64,000 nucleotides of DNA, from positions 434,001 through 498,000 of the forward strand of contig CDROCS010002342.1 of the NCBI GenBank assembly GCA_977020255.1. Direction: 5' to 3'. Under the pieces are notes generated by a model. That model saw nothing but the letters and a program-made list of their open reading frames with translations, made no database searches and was not told where the DNA came from. This stretch comes from Obrimoposthia wandeli (taxonomy: Eukaryota). This document shows, piece after piece, positions 1 through 9,170 of the stretch. The stretch's first letter is position 1. Every line of letters begins with the position of its first letter. Both the position numbers and the translations under genes were made by a program.

Positions 1-946
1 TGTTGAAGGGACCGCTGACCTTTCCGAGGAAGAAGCGGCTGTTGTAGAAGTTAGTGCTGCTGAAATAAATATATTAAAAAAATAAATATATTTTTTAAAA
101 TTATTACCTCTAAGACGTGCTAACATCGATGTAGGCACTCGCGATGGTGGAGGCATATCTGTTGTAGCAGATGACGATTGTAGAACTGTATTTCCTGAAT
201 AAATAATATAAATAAAATATATATAATAAAAATAAAATATATAATTACAATTTACAAAAATAAAAAAAAACCTAATGAAGGCAATCCAAGTTGAGATGGA
301 ACGAAGTCCTCTTCATTGATGGAATCCATCCAGCTGTCGTCCGTTGACTCGATGAAATCGGATTCCTCGATGGTCTCCAACCATGAGTTATCGCTCCACT
401 GAGGCTGCTCCATCTCGAAATCTGACTGGGTGATATTTCGCATCCAGTCATTGTTTGAGAATTGGGTTGCTGGTGCCAACTCCTCAAAATCTTCCTCGGA
501 GATGTCGTTCATCCACTCATTGTTTGACATTTGAGTGGATGGGGCAGCAGCAGAATCAGGAGCCGGGAGAGAAGGACCAATGGCAGGACCATAAACTGGT
601 AGACTGACTGCCACTGTAAATGGAGGTGGAGCTCGAGCGGCCTGCGAATCGCGCACCAATTGGACGATATCCCTCTTCTTGTTGTTGGCCGTGAAACACG
701 ATAGGTGAGCTCGATGTTCACAGAAGAATTCTCGAAACTCCTTCTCCTCAATTGTTCTGCAGAAGGGGCAGACGAAGAACAGAACACCTTGAGACTTGGT
801 CCGGTAGTATGCAGACATTGTCTCCATGCAGGACTCTCCTCCATGCGGAGCCGAAGCACCGCAATACGCAGGGAATAGGTTACACGTAATCTGAAATAAT
901 AAATATTAATAAGGAAATAATAAAAATAAATTCTTACCATAGGCAT
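1..946 (-). CDS. Spliced gene 1: N-terminal Cys/His RING-like Zn-binding region plus four acidic W/F repeats; 3' end outside the window
   Basis: Exons 946-938, 890-272, 194-108 and 59-<1 with GT-AG introns of 47, 77 and 48 nt; phases join in frame. TATATAA at 994-988. Protein MPMITCNLFPAYCGASAPHGGESC...CPFC...CEHRAHLSC...(NNEWMNDISEEDF-type repeat x4). Confidence 0.8.
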
Positions 947-1024
947 TATTTCAAATTGTCGGGGATTTAAATGAAGAAAGTGTTTGCTTATATACTAAAA
1001 TTCATGCACACATGCTCTTTTCCT

Positions 1025-1285
1025 ATTGGATTAAAAAATTGAATTTATTCCTCCACTGAGAAGGATTGTTTATCTGTTATTGGATGAAAAAATAATTTTA
1101 TTCCTCCAATAAAAGAGAAGGATTGTTAATCTATTATAGGTTGAAAAAATATTGTTATTCCTCCAATTAAAAAAAAGGATTATTCATATATTATAGGTTG
1201 AAAAAAAATTTATTCCTCCAATCAAAAGGCTTATTTGTAAATAAATGTAAAATTTTAATAATAAATTCCTCCAATTAGAAGAATT
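1025..1285. repeat. About five imperfect 55-60-bp tandem units (ATTCCTCCA...AAGGATT) upstream of gene 1
   Basis: ATTCCTCCA recurs near 1027, 1080, 1137, 1193 (approx.) and 1265; a partial copy occurs at about 19620. Confidence 0.75.
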
Positions 1286-1287
1286 GT

Positions 1288-1701
1288 TTATCTACATGTC
1301 AAGTAATAATAAGAAAGACTTAAACATTTTTTATATGCGCAATGGTCACCATGATTACGATATGGACAGCAAATATTTTGTGGAATATTTAATAGATGAT
1401 CACGTGAAATATTTAAAGTATTCAACCTCAATTTAGGAAAATATAAAAATAATAATATCTCTTCTCTTCTTTTTTCCTCCACCTTCCTTTTTTCCATTTC
1501 GATTTTCTTGTTCCACTCCACAACCCGACGTCGTTCTGCTAGCCGCCTGTCCTGAATCTTCACCCGACGATTCCACTCGGTCGCGACAGCAGTATATAAA
1601 TTCTGGTTGAGGATCCTCTTTCGTAAATCTCCTTTCTTCTCATTTATTCTTATATTTGCCTCGATCTTCGTCACCAAACTTTGCATTTTAATAAATTCCA
1701 T
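1288..1701 (-). CDS. Gene 2: basic coiled-coil protein with a C-terminal Cys/His cluster, function unknown
   Basis: Open ORF; likely start MEFIK at 1701 with a TATA-like run at 1737-1748; C-terminus CCPYRNHGDHCAYKKC; 3' part duplicated at about 19700-19840. Confidence 0.65.
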   Translation of the reverse strand: MEFIKMQSLVTKIEANIRINEKKGDLRKRILNQNLYTAVATEWNRRVKIQDRRLAERRRVVEWNKKIEMEKRKVEEKRREEILLFLYFPKLRLNTLNISRDHLLNIPQNICCPYRNHGDHCAYKKCLSLSYYYLTCR

Positions 1702-1904
1702 TTTTTTAATTATGAAGATGTTAATAAATTTGAACCTATATATATAAATTAAAGATATTTTTAATCCAATCACAAGCAATTAAAATATATTTATCAAATG
1801 GAAGTTTAATAAATATATAACTACTCATTGCATTTATATTTAATCCTAAATTTTTTAAATTATTCCTTAACAATCCAATCACATTCGAATAAGTTAACTT
1901 TATT

Positions 1905-2080
1905 TTAATAAACTTACGGAGGATATTTTAATATTACTAAATTCTAAAATTTATTTTTTTACCTTGTTATTTTAATAAACTTAAGATGGATATTTTAATA
2001 TTAAATTCTAAAATTTATTTTTAACCTTGTTATTTTAATAAACTTAAGTAGTATATTTTAATATTACTAAATTCTAAAAT
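1905..2080. repeat. AT-rich tandem repeat of about 62 bp, roughly three copies
   Basis: The unit AATAAACTTA...ATATTTTAATATTA...AATTCTAAAAT repeats three times. Confidence 0.7.
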
Positions 2081-2109
2081 AAATAATAATAAAAAGACAA
2101 CACAAGAAA

Positions 2110-4214
2110 CTAATGTTTATGAATTATATTTTTGAAAATCCTTACGAAGTCTTCATTGGGATCGTCGGGGTCGTATTCCCTCCGACTAAGTATTATAGGA
2201 GAAAGCGGTACTGGTTCCTTCTTCTTTGGCCGGCCCGGTTTCTTTTTCGGCTTCACCGGTTGCTGTACAGCAATTGTCCTTCCCTCAGGTTTTGGCAATA
2301 GTTGCCGCAACTTTTTGGGAGGAGGTGCAGCCGATGTTGATGGCCCGGACATAGAAGCAGTAGCCTTCCTCTTCCGCGGAGCTTTCTTCTGTTTCTCCTC
2401 CTTCTCACGCTGAAGCTGGCGTGAGACGGCATCCTGTTGCCCACGCGAATCTGGAAGCATTGCGGGTGTATCCAGTTCCGCTAGGAATTCGTCCAAACCA
2501 GCGTCATCCCAGGCCCTCTTCAAGTTTTGGCTGGTTGTTGGACGAGGAGAAGCAGTATCCTGCAGGCGTTGTTGACTCGAGTGCGGACTAATCTCGATCG
2601 GTGAGACTGGGATCCTCTCATATAAGATAGGCCCGTCGTCCATTGGAGGAGGGAGAATCTCCTGCTGGCCAATCACCGCCTCAGAATAATGGCCAATTGA
2701 GGTTCGAATTTTTCTCGTGCGCCTCGTCTTCTTCACCTCTGCCCGCTTTGTCCTTTTCTTAGGGAAAGGAGTAACTTCTCCACAAGTCTCCTCAATTATC
2801 CAGACAGGTTCCTGCAAATGAAAACAAAAATAAAATTTCAAATAAAATTTTATTTAAATAAAAAAATATTTAAAAAAAAAAATTACCTCAATAATCTTAG
2901 ACGGAAGGTTTTCCTGCCGCTCAATCGTTACTTCACTCGAATTGAGCAGACAGGATTTTGCCTTTCTAAGACACCGTGTCTTCCGTACAGTAAGCTGCCT
3001 CGTTCGCTTATGCGGGAAAGGAGAAATTTTGGCCCACGTCTCCTCAGTTAATATTATTGGTTCCTGCAACAAAAAACATTAATAAAATTTAAACATATAA
3101 ATAATTTACCTCGATGACTGGCAGATTAGCCTGTTTCCCCAACTTGGCCTTCTTCCGATGAACCGTATTGGTTTTGATTCGATGACGTTGAGCTTTCTTA
3201 ACTGCCGCTTGCTTCCTATCAACAGGTAGTCTCCGAGATGCCTCCTCCCAAATTTCCTCCACCAATTCAGCTTCATAAGTGAATAATTAAATAAATTTAC
3301 TAATTTATAATAATATACCTCAATTTTAGCCGAAGTCGGTAGGTATCTCTGATCACTCCTGGGATCATCCTGGCTACATTGACTCGCCAAGTATTGCGGT
3401 TCAATTAGCCTCTCAATCGTGGTCACTGACGGTGCCATATCCAATTGCAGTTTCTGAAAATAAAATTAAAAAACATTTTAAATAAATGATTTCTAACCTC
3501 ATTCGTCGCCTTTATTCTCCTAACAGGACGTATCGGAGATTGTGGCCTTCTGAATGGATCAGGCACTGTATTGTTGGGTATCGGAGTCGGAGTTGTAGAG
3601 GGAGTGAGACCATCCCATTCGTCAGTGAACAGATCCCACTCATCTTCATCCATTTCTGCAACCATGGACTCGTTGGCTCCTGGGGCTCCGATACTTGGCT
3701 GTATCCACTCCTCCTCCCCATCCGACGGAACGTCATCAGTAAACAGCTCCTCGTCTGAGTTTGGTGCCAGTATTATCTCCGGTTGAGACAGCGGGATCAA
3801 TTTCCAGGGGCATTTGATTGCCGCCTCGAAATTGTCAAATAGATTGGATCTCATTGCTGCTACTGCTGAAGTTGCCGGACGATTGGCTTCTGTGTTCAGC
3901 CTGGGAGTACAGTCTTCCCAATTCTCTATCGAATCCTGACTAGTCAGATCGATATATTGGGATCTCTGTACCCCACTTCGCACGCTCATTGGTTCTTCTC
4001 TTGGAGTTGAGCTGGCCAATGGCGGTTCTTCTAGCAACAGTTGGGCTCTTGCTGCTGCTTCTCCTTCGTCTCCTTCACTCACCACCGACGAGTCTTGACT
4101 AAGTAAGTCAATGTACTGCGCCGGTGGCGGCGTTCGCTGATGTACTGGAGAGAGATCTCCATACAGCTGAACCTCCGTCTCTTCATCCAAATCGACGTTA
4201 TTGAAATTTGACAT
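2110..4214 (-). CDS. Spliced gene 3 (possibly two genes or isoforms): acidic SIM-containing N-terminal part plus basic nuclear C-terminal part
   Basis: Exons 4214-3498, 3453-3319, (3270 or 3256)-3110, 3063-2887 and 2811-2110 with 44-75-nt GT-AG introns; TATATAA at 4278-4272. Motifs: YIDLLSQDS and YIDLTSQDS, EMDEDEWDLFTDEW, PRKRKA, PPKKLR, KKKPGRPKKK. The third-exon acceptor is ambiguous. Confidence 0.7.
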
Positions 4215-4598
4215 TCTTGCTTCTTGATTAATGATATTTGATTTATGAAAAAATAATGAAAAGAGGTTTCCTTATATACAAAAATAATAGACTAACCCTC
4301 TTTTGTCGTCCAATGAGAGCGGGTTAATCAAATAATTTATTTGAAAATCAGTAGGCTTTTCTCAATTTTTTAACTATGTTTGAATGCTGGAATGTCATTG
4401 GATAAAACATATTTTATTCGAAAATGTAACTATTTTCTTAAGATTTTCTTAAGATTTTCTTGTATAAGTTTAACGTCCAATGAAAACGTATTATTCAAAG
4501 AATTTATGTTATTTTCTTAAATTTTGTTAATATTTGGATTTAAAATAGTAATATTTTTTTTGACTGTACATGTTTGGATTGGACTGTACACTCATTTT

Positions 4599-4744
4599 AG
4601 GTCAAGTTAAGGTCATTACCTTATGAGGTCATCATCGTGAGGTCAAGGTCATTTAAGGTCATCATGAGGTCAAGGGTACAAAGTATATTAGGTCATCATG
4701 AGGTCAAGATCACTTAAGGTCATGATGACTAATTTGATGACTCA
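4599..4744 (+). promoter_or_regulatory. Array of 10 co-oriented AGGTCA hexamers followed by a TGACTCA (AP-1-like) site
   Basis: AGGTCA counted at 4599, 4610, 4626, 4640, 4646, 4656, 4667, 4690, 4701 and 4717; TGACTCA at 4738. Lies between the TIR and the gene 3 promoter. Confidence 0.7.
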
Positions 4745-4849
4745 TCAAATAAAAATGCAAATTATTTCGAATTTATGTAGTTGATTATTTAAATTTTTTT
4801 GTGACCCTATATATGTATCTTTCTTATAAGCTGTATCTTTCGCGAGCCT

Positions 4850-5126
4850 GTATTTATTACTCGTTGATCCACTGCGGGCCCGTAGGGCACGCTTTGGCCA
4901 TTTTTTTGGCCTCTCAGGACCTTAATCAAAATTTTGGGAGCATTATGAGATTTTAAAATTTACAGGGTGTTAAATGGAGTTTTTTTTTTTTTTTTGAGTT
5001 TTTGAGATGGGGAGGGTAGAAAATTTTTCTACACACCTACACGAAATTTCACTCCACACACATGCACGGTTTTAAAGGACAGTAGGGGGGAGGGGGGTGT
5101 GGATTAGACCGGATTAGACCTCTAAT
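4850..5126. repeat. Maverick terminal inverted repeat, right-end orientation
   Basis: Shares GGCCTCTCAGG, GGGAGCA.TATGAGATTTT, AAATTTCACTCCACACACATGCAC.GTTTT.AAGGACAGT and GTGGATTAGACCGGA with 58500-58705. Confidence 0.75.
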
Positions 5127-5345
5127 GATAGAGTATCGGCTTTCAAAGTGCTAGTTGATTCATAATAATTCATTTCACCATCTCTTGTAAAATAACAGTT
5201 GTATTACTATAAGTAAATTATGTCAATGCAACTTCCCAAACGCCTTGAGGTTCTATTGCATATTTCCATTCAACAATAAAGTTCGATGCAGTATTAACAT
5301 ATTGAGTGTTTGGACAACTTTTACATGGTAATACAATATATAAAT

Positions 5346-6250
5346 TTATTTCTCTATCTGGTTCGCTTTTATCCATGTTTGTGTTTTATATCTGTGCCAT
5401 TTAACGATATTTTGATTATTTTTACCTCGACCTTTATATTTAATAATTTCTTGGATCCTATATACTTTTGGTTTATCAATAACTTGTAATTCCTGCTCAT
5501 AAAAATTTCCCTATATTGGACCTTTATCTTCATCTATGATATTATACATTACGGAGTTATTACGCAAATTGATTTTTGATATTTCAAATACTTCACAGAT
5601 GCAATTATTATCGAAACTTTTAATAAAATGTGTTGTACTTAGACATGATATGCAAACGAAATATCCGACTTTGTATTTGGGTTTCTTTATTATAGTTCGA
5701 TTATTGCGGTCAAACCAATCATTGAGTGAAATATCAATATATTTCTTACCGCCCAAACATCAATGTAGTAAGGGATTATATGAAATTATCAGTTTTGGTA
5801 GTACCTTTACCCATTTCTTTGATCCAATTGTGATTAAATTTTTCTTTACTTTATACCTCACTGTCCTATTAATTCGTTCAACCAAGGCTGCTTTAAAGTG
5901 TGAAAACAAAAGATTAGTGATTTAGTTCTAATTTATCAAAAGTGGTTTTAACATGTTTATTATAAAACTCTTTTCCAACATCTGTTTGTACTTTATCGGG
6001 TACAACATCAATCATATTTTTGATGGCAGCATCTAAATCTTTTTTTCCGATTTTGATTTTACGGCTTCGACACACGCAAATCTAGTAAATGCATCAATAT
6101 ATGATGAAATATATTTGTAACTGCATTAATACGCTCAAAAAGTATCATCTCGAACAAACCCATTTGTCACAAATTATTAGAGTTACTAGTCTTGTACGAT
6201 CCAGTCGGAAATCTTTTTCACATTAGTTTGTTGAGACTGTAGGCTAGGTG
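5346..6250 (-). pseudogene. Maverick retroviral-like integrase with C-terminal chromodomain, decayed
   Basis: IDAFTRFA, DKVQTDVGKEFYN, KKPKYKVG...GNFYEQEL, YRIQEIIKYKGRGKN...VKW; multiple stops and frameshifts. Confidence 0.85.
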
Positions 6251-6737
6251 ATTGCTTAACCATGCTTAAGTTTTCTTTTGACTCGACTTTGTGTTTGATG
6301 ATAGACCTCAAACGCCCATGTATCCTACTCAGTCTTTGGAATTGTACCATCTCGCTTCCATTGCAATCATTTATTTTAAAGTCAAAATTAAGCAAGTTGA
6401 TTCCCATACACTTTTTAAGCAACAGCTATAACAAGTAATGGACCGAATAGCGTTTAAACTTTCAAAGCCTCATCAACTATATTCCCTTAAATCTACTAAA
6501 ATAGCGTCATGACAAACTCCATCAAGCAGAAAGGAACAAGAGCATGGCATATGGATACTATAAAATTTGAAAGGCTTTCTTTATTGATTAATTTTTAATA
6601 AAATCCATATGGCACCTTTATTCTTACAATACTTTTATTTAATTTTATTAGGTTGGACCTTATAACTTACCATTGTTGAAAAATATGCCTATTCTGTGAT
6701 ATTATTTTATAGCTAATGTTTTGTATAAATGTATATA

Positions 6738-8090
6738 CAGTAATACCCCGAACAGTGCGGTTCCAGACAGTGAGGGTTTCACTATAGTGCAGATTTTGTA
6801 AAATATTGGTAAATAAATAAAATATAGAATAAAACTATATTTAATCCTTTAAAAATATCAATATTGATTTCAAGATATATATATAACATTTTTAAAACTC
6901 ACATTTTAGAAATTATTCTTTAATCTGATATTTTATCGAGTCAATATTGCAGAATACTATTATTAAAACAAATTGAATTAAAATGTCAAGTCAAACAAAA
7001 GGAAGCACATACAGTGTTGGTCCAAACAAACGACAGTGGCTAACATTAGAAATAAACTAGATGTTATAAAGTGTCATGAAGATGGTGCATCATTGACTAA
7101 AATTAAATGAGTCATATGTGCGTGTCATTGTAAAGAAGAAACAACAATATGAAGATCATGGAATTGCTACTGCATCGTACATGTCAAAAAGAATTGCAAA
7201 AAATAGAGACGAAGACATGTTGAATATGGAGCGACTTTTATTAATTTGAATTGAAGATTGTAATAAAAAAATAATTCCACTCAGTCAACTTATTATTCAA
7301 GAAATTAGCACAAAATGAAAATGAAGGTGATACCTCTACGACTACAAATGAAGAAACAAATGAAGAAACATATTTTAATGTGAGCCGCGGTTGGTTCAAT
7401 CGCTTTACAGAACGTACAAAAATTCATAATGTTAGAATTGTTCGTGAAAGTGCTGATGTAGAAGTAGCCGCAAATATCCTGATGAATTAAAAAAATGATT
7501 GAAGATGGTAATTACAGTGATCATCAAATATTTAATGTGGATGAAACAGAATTGTTTTGAAAGAAAATACCTACTAGAACATATTTAGCTTAAAAAAAAG
7601 AAGCACGACCAGGGTATAAAATTGCTAAAGATCGTCTGACTTTTTCGTTAGGTGGCAATGTGCCTGGTACATTTAAATTGAAGCCTATGCTTGTTTACTG
7701 GGCAAACAATCCAAGAGCTTTAAAAGGCTATACCAAAAATACTCTCCCAGTATTTTGGCGATCAAATCGAAAAGCGTGGGTTACGAGAGATATATTTGAA
7801 GACTGGTGCAAACTTCTTAGCTTAAATATTTTTCTAAGCAATAAAAACCTTCCAGTATTCTTTTTGTTTCAATAAATATTTAATTATAATCTTGTTTCAT
7901 TATCTCTATTAATGCTCGTTTTTAATGCATTTAATAACTTTTAATTATTTTATCGTATGTAAGTATCGATATTTATTCAGTCCGGAACGAATTACTATTA
8001 AACCCATTATATAATGCATCAAACAGTGCGGTTCCGAACAGTGCGGTACAATTCTGGCACGAATTATCTTCACTGTTCGGGGTATTACTG
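6738..8090 (+). mobile_element. Tigger/pogo DNA transposon, internally deleted
   Basis: Perfect 20-bp TIR CAGTAATACCCCGAACAGTG, TA on both flanks; transposase remnants SRGWFNRF, IFNVDET.LFWK, KDRLT, WRSNRKAWVT. Confidence 0.95.
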
Positions 8091-8900
8091 TATCTAAAAA
8101 GGTATTTTCTATTTTTATTACCCCACATTTACACTCGCTGAAAATTTATAAACAGCGTTGAAGTTGTTAATCCTCTTGATCGAAAATAAAAACACTATGG
8201 ATAAGTTAATTACAAAATACATTCACTTAATAAGCAGCAGACGTATGTGATCAATTTTTTATTGACTGCTTAACTTTGTGTAATGATCCGGTGTGAGTAA
8301 CAAAATGTTATGCACAATCCGAATAGGGAAATTTTATCTGTGCAGATAAAAACACATGCGCATTAGTAGAATTTGGTATTATCTCTATATCCATCGTCGT
8401 ACAATATTAGCCATGAAACCGGTTCGAAAGAATGGATACCTTCTCTTTTGTATCTTATCGTTGCGCACAACTCGATGAGGGTTGGCTCCTTTTAGATATC
8501 CGAAGTTGATACTTGATATGTGTGGCTAACACGTCTATAACAAGTTACCTTCTGAATTGGAAAGGGTTCGGATGCGTTGGAATTTTAGTTTGTGTCAGAG
8601 AAATATCGAAATTGCTGATCTAGTGGCTTTCAGGGGAAATATCTTCGATCAGAAACGTCTATAACCACTTATATGCAAAGGTTTATTTAAATCCAACGCT
8701 GGTACTATAAGAAAAATCAAATATGCTGCATCCCGGTTGGAAAGGACGACATATACAAACAAATTGGAAATTATTATTAATTTTCATTTCCGTAAAACTT
8801 CATGTTTAATACGTACTCTTTTCCCAAAATTGATGTTAAAATGAAGGTAGGTATTATACAAATGTACTTTTTTCGACGATAATATAAATTCCATTTATTA

Positions 8901-9170
8901 TTAATTTATTGTATAACCAGTGTTATTAATAACCCTCCAATTAAGCGCCCTGTCATAAGGATTGTCGAACGTGAGCGGCGTTTGGTCTGCATTTCCAATC
9001 TGATTCAAATCATAATTGTGTTTCTTTCGTAGCTCGATGATGAATTTCTGGAAATGCCGGAGTTTTAACTCACAGTCAGCCTCTGCTCTAATGTTTTTAC
9101 GACGGATAGATAAATCATGGCGTAACATGGAGAGCTCTCCTCATCCACGATATGTCTTGATTAAGTCCGT
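8901..9170 (-). pseudogene. pogo-family (POGK-like) transposase fragment
   Basis: RHDLSIRR...FQKFIIELRKKHNYDLNQIGNADQTPLTFD matches the CENP-B HTH/DDE_1 junction of pogo transposases. Confidence 0.75.

Larger units (their letters stand above)
1..5126. mobile_element. Right end of a Maverick/Polinton (adintovirus-like) element: accessory genes plus terminal repeat; runs off the left edge
   Basis: 4860-5115 is homologous to the 289-bp element at 58429-58717, which has AGTAG termini and a 6-bp TSD. Genes 1 and 2 recur at 19.1-19.9 kb joined to Maverick integrase/ATPase. Putative terminus ...GACCTCTAAT near 5126 (reverse complement ATTAGAGG, close to AGTAG). Confidence 0.75.

Noticed and set aside
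2113-3786. Plus-strand ORFs overlapping genes 2 and 3
   Set aside because: Antisense shadows of GC-richer coding exons, with no promoter or motif support.
1-4214. LxCxE Rb-binding oncoprotein motif in the accessory genes
   Set aside because: No LxCxE found in the reconstructed proteins; the closest is ETCGE.
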